This document shows, piece by piece, positions 52,001 to 62,689 of a DNA stretch of 64,000 nucleotides. The DNA lies in NCBI GenBank assembly GCA_051362555.1, contig CM120649.1:19358567-19422566 (forward strand). The letters run 5' to 3'. The position numbers were made by a program, and so were the translations under genes. The stretch's first letter is position 1. Each line of letters starts with the position of its first letter. The notes under the pieces were generated by a model that worked only from the letters and a program-made list of their open reading frames with translations, searched no databases and had not been told where the DNA came from. The stretch comes from Lingula anatina (lineage: Eukaryota; Animalia; Brachiopoda).

Positions 52001-55000
52001 CTGTCCAAATGGCACCAGTGTCCACCAGCCGAAGTGTCCAGTGGGGACATTCTCCAACAGGACGGGACTGACCGCTGTCGCTGAGTGTGAGCCTTGCCTG
52101 AGGGGTTACTATTGTGATGTGGAGGGACTGAGTTTTCCTGAGTCCTTGTGTGAGCCAGGTAGGTGTCCTGTTTAGGATTTGACTTAATTATGTGATCTGT
52201 GTCTTATGTAATGACTCCTCGGGTCATGAACACAGTGACAGTTTACCATATACATTGATAATCGTTCAGATCGACATGCCTTACATAAAATCATTCAGGT
52301 AAATCTTGATTTGAAGTAGTAGTAGCAGTAAATCTTGATTTGATAATGAAAATGTTTTGCTGTCAAACAGCCAGATCTTCCACAGGTCTTCTAAGACTAT
52401 CACTTTCCTTTATCCCAGGCTACTACTGCCTCACAGGTCAGACTACCACTGACTTGTACCAGTGTACTCCTGGTCACTACTGTCCACTAGGGAGCTACGA
52501 GGAGCAGGAGTGTCCTAGTGGTCACTACCAGGATATGTATGGACAGGGCACCTGTCAGCTATGTAGAGCAGGTAGGGGGCAGTGGGGGGTTATAGCAGGA
52601 TTGCCCCAGTGGTCACTACCAGGATATGTATGGACAGGGCACCTGTCAGCTATGTAGAGCAGGTAGGGGGCAGTGGGGGGTTATAGCAGGAGTGTCCTAG
52701 TGGTCACTACCAGGATATGTATGGACAGGGCACCTGTCAGCTATGTAGAGCAGGTAGGGGGTAGTGGGGGGTTATAGCAGGAGTGTCCTAGTGGTTACTA
52801 CCAGGATATGTATGGACAGGGCACCTGTCAGCTATGTAGAGCAGGTAGGGGGCAGTGGGGGGTTACAGCTGGACTGTCCTAGTGGTCACTACCAGGATAT
52901 GTATGGACAGGGCACCTGTCAGCTATGTAGAGCAGGTAGGGGGCAGTGGGGGGTTATAGCAGGAGTGTCCTAGTGGTCACTACCAGGATATGTATGGACA
53001 GGGCACCTGTCAGCTATGTAGAGCAGGTAGGGGGCAGTGGGGGGTTATAGCAGGAGTGTCCTAGTGGTCACTACCAGGATATGTATGGACAGGGCACCTG
53101 TCAGCTATGTAGAGCAGGTAGGGGGCAGTGGGGGGTTACAGCTGGACTGTCCTAGTGGTCACTACCAGGATATGTATGGACAGGGCACCTGTCAGCTATG
53201 TAGAGCAGGTAGGGGGCAGTGGGGGGGGGGGGGGGGGGGTCATAGCTGGACTGACTTGGGGTTGATCAGATGACATATCATGGATGACAAATCTGCTTAT
53301 TACTTGGGTGGTTCAATGGGTACCTAAATTTTATGTTGATGTCAGCTTAATAGGCTCTTTCTGCATGCATTGTCTTACAGTGCTGGTTTGAGCAAAGATT
53401 TGTCCAGTTTTAAATATCGTCAAATCTGCGGTCACCCCTTTGGCATTTTTCAATCTTGTCCAGATTTTAATTTAAACGTACATTACCAAAAGCTTGTCTT
53501 GTTCCAGGCTACTACTGTGATGCCACCTATGGTCCAGTGACCAGTATTATCAACTCGTCCTGTCCAATAGGTTACTACTGCGTTAATGGCACTGCGTGGA
53601 GTACGCAGTACCCATGTCCTCTGGGGACATACAGCCAAAATCCTAACCTGGAGGCGGCAGATCAGTGCCTGTCATGTGACCCAGGCAGGTACTGTGGAAC
53701 TCTGGGAAGGAATGAAACGGAAGGTAAATAAGGTGGACAGAATTCATACCTCTCTGACATTATCACAGTGGAACTTAGGGGAAGGAAATAATGGAAAATT
53801 AGGAATATGACCATTTTTGGAGGGCTTTGTTTGAATTATTTATAAATAACACACCACTTTGACAAGGAAAGGTTCTGCTGATATGTTTGAGAAGAAAAAT
53901 AAGCATCATAGATTAACTAATTTTGCCTATTTGTCACTTATCAACTTATATTGATTGTAATATTTTCAAATTAAAAATTAAAAATTTAACCTCTCTCCCA
54001 TATTCAAGGTGAATGCAGTGAAGGCTTCTGGTGTAAATCAGGCGCCATCTCTCCAACACCAACAGGTGGCAGCAAGGGGATGATCTGCCCTAGAGGTCAC
54101 TACTGTCCAAGAGGCACCCCATTCCCAGTCCCATGTCCCCTGGGCTACTGGTCTAACACCACTGGTCAGTCCACCCCAGAGACCTGCCAGCCCTGCCCTG
54201 GGGGTCATTACTGTGACCAACCTGGGCTGGGTGACCCCTCCGGTCAGTGTGACCCTGGCTACTTCTGCCTGTCCCGAGCCACCTCAGCCAAGCCAAGTGA
54301 AGGGGTCCTGATTGGGGATATTTGTCCCCCAGGACACTACTGTCCCGAGGCCGGGACGGTCACCCCCATCCCGTGTCCCATTGGGCACTATGCGTCCAGT
54401 AATGGGACAGTGAAGTGTGAGGTGTGTCCAGTAGGACACTACTGTATTGATGGTGTGGAGCCAGTGACCTGTCCACCCAGGTTTTACTGTGCTATTGGGA
54501 CTGGGTATGTGCACCGCTCCTGTGCTAACTGTAAGTACTATATACATGGGAATATTGTATTGAAAATTGGACAAATGTATGACGTTCATCAGAAAAGATT
54601 ACAAATATGGTCTTAAGTTGATTGATAACTAAGTTAAGCTAAATTAGAAATAAGAAATGGTTCAGTGCTTAAGAGTTGAACTATACAACTGTAAGTATTT
54701 ATGCATGGGAATGTGATTAAAATTGGATGTAAATTTGACCTTTAAAGAAGAGATTACAAATATGTTCTAAAGTTGACTAATAGGTGGGTCAAGCTTAATT
54801 TGAAATGAGAACAACGTCAGTACCCACAAAAGTTTGTGAAACACAACAAAGCAGCAACTCATTTTGTACCTTAATTTTTTACACCCCTGGTCACAACAAT
54901 ATAGTCCATTGAATTTGAAATGAAATTTACCTGTATGTCAATTTATGTCCAATTTTATATAAACAAAATGTTTAGTGGAGGGGAAATTTTGCTACAAATG

Positions 55001-58000
55001 AGAAGACAGACTTGAAAGGACCTTTCTGTGTACCACTATATTGTGTTCCAGATATAGAAGAATGTGTGATAGGGAACAGTAACTGTATAGACATTTCTAT
55101 ATACAGCTATATATTGTGTTCCAGATATAGAAGAATGTGCGATAGGGAACAGTAACTGTATAGACATTTCTATATACAGCTATATATTGTGTTCCAGATA
55201 TAGAAGAATGTGTGATAGGGAGCAGTAACTGTATAGACATTTCTATATACAGCTGTATATTGTGTTCCAGATATAGAAGAATGTGTGATAGGGAGCAGTA
55301 ACTGTATAGACAGCAATGCTCAGTGTGTTGGCAGTGGGGAGGACTTCACCTGTACATGTAAAACTGGTTATACTGGAGATGGGTTTGCTTGTATTGGTAG
55401 GTAGAATATACTGTCACAACCAACACAATGTTACATCTAACACACTGTCAGACCTAACACACTGTCACAACTAACACTGTTATACTTGCTACACACTGTC
55501 ATACCCAACACATTGTAACAGTTAACAAATGGTCACAGTAATAACACTGTCAAATCTAACATTATGTAAACACCTAACTGAAAATCTTGGCTTTTACACT
55601 ATCACATCTGATACAATGCTGCACACTGTCTCATCAAACACACCCTTACATCTAACACACTTTTACATGTAACACTGCCACCATTAAAAAAAACAATCAT
55701 AAATGATTATTTTCTATAAAACCCTTTAAGTCATAACCAGGTATAATCATGTATAAACCATGCCAGTATTTTCTCCTCTCCAGACATCAATGAGTGTTTG
55801 GTGAACCACGGAGGCTGTCACGTGGACGCAGACTGTATTAATGTGGTTAGCAACCACTCCTGTGTCTGTCACACTGGATACTCCGGAGACGGGTATAATT
55901 GTGAAGGTAGCACAAAATTGACAGTCACAGGCATCTTAAGTATGAGTAGTGATTACATGCCTTAAGTAGGGAGATAGGGACACAAGTACATGTAAGCTGA
56001 GTAGACATTTCATTGATTTTTTGTGGAAGTTTATGATGTCCTTTAGTATGTTTCCTTGATAATTTGAAAAAAACAGCGATAGATAAACATAAGGCATTAT
56101 AGTGTTGATGTAAGTTGTGCCATGCCCTGCGACATATGTACATATATATATATATATTTGCTCAGAATGTGATACGGACTACTATCATCCAAATCTGCGG
56201 TAGCACTAGCAAATTTTTTCGCTTAGCCAAATCACTATTTTTTCATGACTTTTTTCTCCATGTGCTTTAAATTTGATTTTAAAAAAGTCAAATCAGCCCT
56301 ATTTTGTTCAGCCTTTTTAAGTCAGTTTTAGCATTTGGCTAAATTGTCTAGCGTTAGCACTACCCCAGCAAATATCAACTGTATTTCAGACATCGATGAA
56401 TGCGCTGTCAACAATGGCGGCTGTGACAGTGACGCCACCTGTACCAACAGCAATGGCAGCTTCACCTGTACCTGTCTTCCTGGGTACGCTGGGGACGGGT
56501 TTGTGTGCGAAGGTAGGCGGTGAGTTTATGTTCTCTTTCTTAAAATAACCAAAGCATATAACATTTGATGATGCAGCATTACTTGGGTTGACCAATGAAT
56601 AATTCCACAAGATAAAGACTACGTAAGTGAAATTGATGGTGTATTTCAGTAAATTGCGATACAGAACTTGTACATCAACTTGTGAGAAAAGACAGTTTTG
56701 TAGAAATGTTTTAAACAGCGATAATAGTATTGCATTTTAATAAAGGTAATGATAAACAGGGGTTGCAATACAAAGGAAAGAAGATTGTTTCAGACCAAAA
56801 AAAAAACATTCTCAATAACTCTTATCGCTCTCCTCCAGACATCAATGAGTGTGCTGTAGACCATGGTGGCTGTTCTGCTGATGCTGACTGTTCTAACACA
56901 CCTGGAAACTTTACATGTACCTGTCATCCTGGCTTCACTGGGGATGGAGTATGGTGTGAAGGTAAGGGGGAAGTGGACTTTGAACTAGACTGATTTAGTT
57001 TTCTTAAATGTATGTAATACAGGCCACATTGTTTAAGTATACAGTGTTTAAGTATACACAGTGTTTAAGTATGATTACTACTATAGTGTTGCCATGTCCA
57101 ATATGCTGTCACACCTAACACATACATGGTAAAAATTAAGAACACATTCACATCTAACACACTGTCACATCTAACACACTGTCACATCTTCATTCATTGA
57201 TCACACCTAACACTGTCACATCTAACACACTGTCACATCTAACACAATCTCAACCAACATGTTCCTCTTTTTTCCAGATATCAATGAATGTCTGTTTAAT
57301 GGCACCTGTGATGTGTTTGCTGAATGTAATAACACTGCTGGAAATTTCTCATGTTCTTGCCTGGAAGGGTTTTCTGGGGATGGATTCTTCTGTGAAGGTA
57401 AATAAACATGGTCAGTTCACTGGCTTTTTATAAGGGCCAATTTAATTGTTTTTATTCTAGTTTTACTGTAAGATGGATTGTTCCATAGGTTGTTTTATTT
57501 TGAAGTAATCATACTATGACAAATAAATAAAAAAAAAATTGACAGCCAGTGTCACACATTTCTGAGAGATATGGCAGGGGATAGAAAAAAAATTGAGTAA
57601 AATTGAACTAAGATAAAAACTTCTGTTACTATATAATAGGAAAATGTTAAACTCTTCAGGTCAGGATAAAGAAAGAATCTGATGTGGATTTGATTTCAAA
57701 TTGTAGAGTTGATCATTAACGTAAAAAAAAAATATATCAAGAATTCCTAGTCTATCAATTTATATAGAAGTTCTGTTTTTCCCTGCAAACTTTCCACCCC
57801 CTGAACTAAACACTATATGAGTTTGATATTAATATTTCAACAGATATAAATGAGTGTTCAGTGGATGATGGTGGGTGTGACGAGAGCGCCGTGTGCACCA
57901 ACAGCATTGGCAGCTTTACCTGCACCTGTAACATGTTCTACAGCGGGGACGGATTTTCCTGCATGGGTGAGTCAAGATTTTTGTTGGTCTTCATGATGTT

Positions 58001-61000
58001 GTTTAGAAGTTAAACTAAATTTGTTGTTGACACTGTTTTACCTTTTTTTTTTAAGAAAAGATGTCATCTGTGATGTTTTAATTACGAAAAATTTTTACCT
58101 CATAAAGTACACCTTAGAAATTTCTCTAAAATTGCATGATGCCTAATGGACTGATAGACCTGCCCCCTATATTTCAGACATCAGTCAGTGTTACCGTGGC
58201 AACACCCCATGTGACAGTAATGCTATGTGTGTAGACACAGGTGATGAGTTAACCTGCGCCTGTAATATTGGTTACAATGGTGACGGCTATGATTGCACAG
58301 GTATGTCTGGTGCCTTGATCTGTAGGAACAGGGGCGGATTTAGGCCGTCTTCTGGGTCTTCCGGAAGACAGTCAGATTTTCAAGTTTACATAGACGGATA
58401 TTAAACTTTTTCTGTCGGAAGACGGTCAAAAATGAGGATGGATCAACAAAGATGTTTTGAAAGACTCAGAAAATATCTCTGGATCCGCCCCTGAGGAAGA
58501 AAAGAGTTATTAATGGCTGCTCCCAACCATGTGTCAGCATATGATGTGTTGATCAGTTAGTAGTGATATACATTTTGAGGCATGGTCAATACTGTCATTT
58601 AATACTGATAATTCATTGTAGTGTATAAAATGCAAATACTCCAATACGAAACCATGGGAAATTATTTGCAGCACTTTATGATATACTTCACTACATATTT
58701 TACTACATATACAGCATCTAGGCTGTATCTTTCCAGAATATTTGTGAACAGCAACAGTCAGTCTGAATTAGGACCAAAAACAGTCTGTTAGGCATAATTT
58801 CATCTGATGAAATGCACTGGAAACCTTGTTCTACAATAAACTGATTTTCACTGCTAATTGTAATAAGAGAATTCTTCAATGTTTATTAACTATACTGTAT
58901 TAATTATTACAGATGTAGATGAATGTGCAGTCAATGATGGTGGTTGTGATAGCAGTGCCACATGTACAAATACGGTAGGCAGTTTTGTCTGCACGTGTAC
59001 CACTGGGTATACTGGAGACGGGTTCACTTGTCAAGGTAAAATCATTATGACTTCGTTATGGTCATTGTTAACTGTTATGATTTTTCTTGAGGAAATTTGA
59101 AATAAATATTTGTTGCTCTGTAGTTATCCATCAATCTTAATTCAGTCTTGGGGGATTTTGATATCATTTTTTTATCATTTTGACTTCTACTGTCACACTG
59201 TCCTACAGGGTGACACAAAAAAAAACAGTCATCACCTAAACTTGAATAACTTTTGAAGTAAATAATCAATTCCTTTTATTTTTCAGATTTATCAAGAAAA
59301 ATTAATGTTCTAAGAGTCTACCAAATTCAACCTTCGAGATGCCATGGACTACTGAGGAAAAGACATTTATAGTTGCTTGGGCTGCGGACAACAGGGTCTC
59401 TGACTGCAGCAATGTTGTGTGGTGTCCTTGGTGATTTCGGTCATCCAGAGTGTGATTGTCTGTTAGTGTCTTTACAATTGAGGTTATGCACAGTCCCATG
59501 GGTTCTGAACTTGTTGACCCATCTGTAGATCATTGAGTGGACAGGAAATTCTCGACATCTGAACCGTTCTTTGAATTGCAATTGAGCTGCGTGGATAGAC
59601 TTCAACCGAAAATATGCCTCAACTATAAATGTCTTTTCCTCAGTAGTCCATGGCATCGCGAAGGTCGAATTTGGTAGACTCTTAGAACATTAATTTTTCT
59701 TGATAAATCTGAAAAATAAAAGGAATTATTTATTTCAAAAGTTATTCAAGGTGATATTAGGTGATGACCCTTTTTTTTTTTTTTTGTCACCCTGTACATG
59801 GATGCTTAGTCATTTTGAGTTGCTAAAATGTCTTCCATTTAGAATGAAGACTTGTTGAATACAAAGATGCTGAATCAAAATATAAAATGTCTTTCCTTTC
59901 TTCTCATACAGACATCAATGAATGCCTGACAGACAATGGCGGCTGCCACCACCATGCACTGTGTACCAATACACTGGCCAGTTTCACCTGTACATGTCTG
60001 GCCGGCTTTCTCGGGGACGGATACAGTTGTGTAGGTACGTAGAGATTGGGTGATGTTTGGATGTCAATATTTTCAGTGTAAGTCTGGTTCAGAATATTTT
60101 TCCAGATGTTTATATATTTACACACACACACACAAATATACACAAAGCTATTTCCATATTGTTGTATTTATAATATAAACGAGATTAACCTTCAATTTTC
60201 ATATGATAAGTAAGTTTAAGGATTTTTTTCCAGACATATATTTGTTCCTTGTTAAATATCTAGCTATGTCTATGTAGTTGTAATTATAAAGTGAATGAAA
60301 TTATCCATAAATTCTCCTATTATGTTTATTTTGTAGACATTGATGAGTGCACAAGTTACAATGACAGCTGTGTAGTTGTAATTATAATGTGAATGAGATG
60401 TGAATGTGATGTTTATTTTGTAGACATTGATGAGTGCATCAGTTACAATGACAGCTGTGACCCAAATGCCAACTGTACCAACACCATAGGGAACTTTACC
60501 TGTACTTGTAACTCTGGTTACACAGGGGATGGATACACCTGTGAAGGTATGGCAAACTGTCATGGTGGACACACCCAAAACATTGTCACATCTAACACAC
60601 TGTCACATCGAGCACATTGCTGCTGCATTTTCACAAATATACTAACACCTCACATACTATGAAGCATCTGGCTTAATTAACATCACACCTTACACATGGT
60701 TATATGGTTATACATAACAAAGTTCCACTATATCTGCTAACAACACTGATGAAATAAACTTTTGACTTGTACCTGAACTAAAACCAAAAGCACGTCCACA
60801 TATCTGTCTTGAGGATTGACAAGTGTCTTGTATTCCAGACATCAATGAGTGTCTTGTGGACAATGGCGGCTGTGACGTGCACGCCACCTGTACCAATACA
60901 GTGGGGAACTTCTCCTGTGGTTGTAACTATGGTTACACTGGAGACGGAGTCACATGTGTGGGTAAGTTGACTGTACTGACATCTGGTGGTTATAACTATC

Positions 61001-61913
61001 GTTGTGACTTGAGTCTATTGTCATCTTTTATAACTGTTTAGAGAAAAAATTAATTTTCCTGACTGAAAGGTAAAACAGTGAAGTTGTTGATATTCATGAC
61101 TCCTAGGAGACAGCTACTCTTAATGAGATATTTCACTTTTTTATCAATATCACTGTTCATCACTTAAATTTAGTGAGTCAGACATAAATGTTATCTATAA
61201 CTTCTATTTCAGATTTCTGTGACGAGCTGTCCTATGTAAACATCAGTGACAGTTGGCGGAGTGTCACCCTGGGTGCGGGGGTCACCTCTCACTGTGACAG
61301 TGGTGACTGGGTGACGCAGTGGTACCGTATTGTACCCCCTGCAGGCACCAAACTGGCCACTACTGTGAGTTGACAGAAATATATGGTCCCAGATATGAAA
61401 GTTGGTTAAAATACATGAAAATTAATGATAAATAAATTATTTTTTTCACTGAATTACACATTTATACCATCATATTCAATGCTTCCATTTTCATTTTAAA
61501 TGGTGAAAGTGATTTCTGTTAAATGTATTATCCAGTATTAAGTATTGGTTTTTGATTAAAGAAAAATAGGCTTTATTCCACTTTATGCGTTTTTCACAAT
61601 GAGAGAGCTAATACACTGCTATATCGACATCATCTAGTGTTATCAATTCTTTATAATTTCATATTTCTATGTCATCTCTGTCTCTTTCTTCCAGTGTCCC
61701 CCGGTAAATCACTGTGGGTCATCGTACCCCGCCTGGTACAGTGGGACGGAGCCTGCCTCCCCTGGGGAGGAAAACATCGGCCAAGGGTGCACTCACATTG
61801 TCCAGTGTTGTCAGTTTCCCGTCACCGTGACTGTGCGTAACTGTGGGCCGTACTTTATCTATAACCTGCCCAATCCGCCATCTTGTAACATCACCTACTG
61901 TACTAACGTCTAA
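17985..61913 (+). CDS. Giant secreted Cys-rich multidomain protein (SP-EMI-EGF-cbEGF-SEA-[ephrin-receptor-like/GCC2_GCC3]n-EGF x11-D8C), ~65 exons, roughly 5,500 aa
   Basis: ATG at 17985 gives signal peptide [26 protein letters not shown] continuous series of GT-AG exons, phase-compatible wherever checked, ends ...[11 protein letters not shown] at 61911-61913. No internal terminal exon or new signal peptide was seen. Single-gene status is inferred. Confidence 0.8.
18666..19748 (+). repeat. 84-bp minisatellite, ~13 copies, each containing the EMI exon 3' end and its splice donor
   Basis: Unit caggttagaacaggtgtgttgttctggctggaaacaggtgggagacacctgtactacag/gtaagatatccacagttatataata; near-identical copies. 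Confidence 0.95.
20050..20245. repeat. Degenerate (TGACAG/TGACAA/TGACAT)n simple repeat
   Basis: Direct reading just after the EGF exon donor. Confidence 0.8.
20593..21271. mobile_element. Nested MITE cluster: outer element (20593-21271) containing element A (20618-20833) and fold-back element B (20837-21133)
   Basis: Outer TIR ggctgcattcacaaca / tgttgtgaatgcggct; A TIR gcattcccagag / ctctgggaatac; B has ~125-bp inverted arms. Confidence 0.75.
21588..23135 (+). other. SEA-like domain exons (21588-21724, 22344-22411, 22942-23135)
   Basis: [39 protein letters not shown]...[19 protein letters not shown] matches the SEA pattern (YxxDLxNxxSxxY ... F). Confidence 0.7.
21898..22112 (-). mobile_element. 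Second copy of MITE A, inverted relative to 20618-20833; TTA flanks (PIF/Harbinger-like)
   Basis: Reverse complement of 20618-20833; TTA at 21895-21897 and 22113-22115. Confidence 0.8.
26132..35307 (+). repeat. Array of 15 paralogous symmetric (phase 1-1) exons of 297 nt (one 291 nt)
   Basis: Exons start at ~26132, 26897, 27644, 28311, 28853, 29433, 30001, 30558, 31219, 31672, 32235, 33052, 33751, 34348, 35011. Each encodes GH[RK]CPS...[22 protein letters not shown]...[21 protein letters not shown]...CTECP. Confidence 0.9.
36700..37205. repeat. ~500-bp (GA)n/G-run polypurine microsatellite starting at a splice donor
   Basis: aaacag/gtgagagagag...; purine-only on the + strand after the donor GT. 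Confidence 0.95.
37934..38460 (+). repeat. 63-bp minisatellite, 8 full copies + partial, each containing exon end + GTAAGT donor
   Basis: Unit ggaactgcctgtactggagatagagtagaccatgtctgtacacgatgtggg/gtaagtcagtct. Confidence 0.95.
39600..39835. mobile_element. Degenerate MITE
   Basis: agctggattgatctaactct (~39630) vs agagttagaacaatccagct (~39789): inverted with 1 mismatch; weaker outer inverted match. Confidence 0.55.
40493..40582 (-). mobile_element. Truncated third copy of MITE A
   Basis: ggctgacagctatttagcgtgaacccccagggagttagg matches ~22033-22112. Confidence 0.75.
41225..41383. mobile_element. Small MITE related to the outer element at 20593 (similar remnant at ~24724-24822)
   Basis: attcagaa / ttctgaat termini and internal inverted gggtcaaatatggc / gccatatttgaccc. 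Confidence 0.55.
42510..42830. repeat. 27-bp minisatellite, ~11-12 copies, two alternating variants
   Basis: aaccaactgaaactgcctgtatcaaga / aaccaactgaaactgcctgtatctggc. Confidence 0.9.
52505..53240 (+). repeat. 91-bp minisatellite, 8 copies, each containing exon end + donor + G-runs
   Basis: Unit caggagtgtcctagtggtcactaccaggatatgtatggacagggcacctgtcagctatgtagagcag/gtagggggcagtggggggttatag. Confidence 0.95.
55036..55312 (+). repeat. 73-bp tandem repeat, 4 copies, each containing the acceptor + 5' part of the first C-terminal EGF exon
   Basis: ttgtgttccag/atatagaagaatgtg with exon-side starts at 55052, 55125, 55198, 55271. Confidence 0.9.
58329..58493. mobile_element. 165-bp MITE with CAGGGGCGGAT termini
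   Basis: caggggcggat ... atccgcccctg; AGGAA on both flanks. Confidence 0.65.
59206..59794 (-). mobile_element. Tc1/mariner-derived fold-back element carrying the N-terminal HTH fragment of a transposase
   Basis: TA-CAGGGTGACA...TGTCACCCTG-TA; ~170-bp inverted arms. ORF 59656-59441 [20 protein letters not shown]...[14 protein letters not shown]...SG*PKSPRT resembles DUF4817-type mariner HTH N-termini. Confidence 0.85.
61213..61913 (+). other. C-terminal uromodulin/GP2/OIT3-like D8C domain (exons 61213-61364, 61695-61913)
   Basis: SDSWRSV...[45 protein letters not shown]...[39 protein letters not shown]. Confidence 0.8.
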
Positions 61914-62398
61914 GTGTTATGCGATACCCGATCTGTAACCTGCTCAATCCGCCATCTTGTAATATCACCTACTGCATGTACGGACGTCTAGGTGTGACAT
62001 CATGAAGTTGTGACATCATCACATTTTGATATCATGGTGTGATGTCACTTGACTTGTGATGTCATAGCTATGATGTCATCATTCTTGTGAGGTCAATAAC
62101 ATGAGACACTATTGTGGTACAATTTGTTAATTGTTATTTTTGATCATCTGTTGAAATTAATGTATTTAAAATTCTTTTACTTTCAATTGTAAGTGCAGCT
62201 ATAGCACAATGTATTCAATTAGAAGAAAGAGTTATTTTCAAGTGAAGAGTTTGATCATTTTACCAGTGTTACTAGATTATGATGTCAAACTATTTTTGTA
62301 GTTGATAAAAGATTTGTTATATTGAACTGTCAGACCTCCTGGATTGGAAACTAGAACACTTGTTTGTAAACTTCAATTATTGACCCAAATTGTTCTTC

Positions 62399-62404
62399 AA
62401 TAAA
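62399..62404 (+). terminator. Candidate polyadenylation signal of the giant gene
   Basis: AATAAA ~490 nt after the stop, followed by T/GT-rich sequence. Confidence 0.45.
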
Positions 62405-62689
62405 GTTTTGATATTAAACTTGTTTCTGTATTAATATAGACATACCCATTTTATTCTTTGCACTTAAACTTTTAAGTTCTCATCTTTTCTGTAGCATTCA
62501 TCAGGTCAACGCCTACCGATCAGTGTCACCATGGTTACAGAAGCAGAAGAAAGCAAACGATTTAAATGCACTTGTCTAGAAAAGATGAAGGTATTAAAGG
62601 GATAATAACTCTTCGTTTCGGCCAAAAAAAATTTTTTTTCCTGGAGTAAACAACAATTTTCCCATACTTACCAATGGTAAATGAATCCA

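Larger units (their letters stand above)
23389..54530 (+). other. Long block of ephrin-receptor-like (GCC2/GCC3-type) Cys-rich repeats
   Basis: Recurring CPxGxY/F...CxxCPAGxYCP units in ORFs 24038, 44437, 47773, 50643, 54080 and others. Confidence 0.9.
55271..60961 (+). other. Eleven single-exon EGF (mostly calcium-binding) modules
   Basis: ~123-nt phase-1 exons at ~55271, 55784, 56390, 56839, 57278, 57844, 58178, 58913, 59912, 60424, 60839, with consensus DI[DN]EC...GGCDxxAxCTNTxG[SN]FTCTCxxGYTGDGxxC. Confidence 0.9.

Noticed and set aside
59441-59656. Active transposase gene
   Set aside because: Only the HTH N-terminus, with a premature stop and no DDD/DDE domain.
17985-61913. Naming the giant gene SCUBE, SVEP1, UMOD, UMODL1 or EGFL7
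   Set aside because: It shares modules with each, but no CUB, sushi, VWA, ZP, FN3 or TM regions were seen; orthology cannot be supported.
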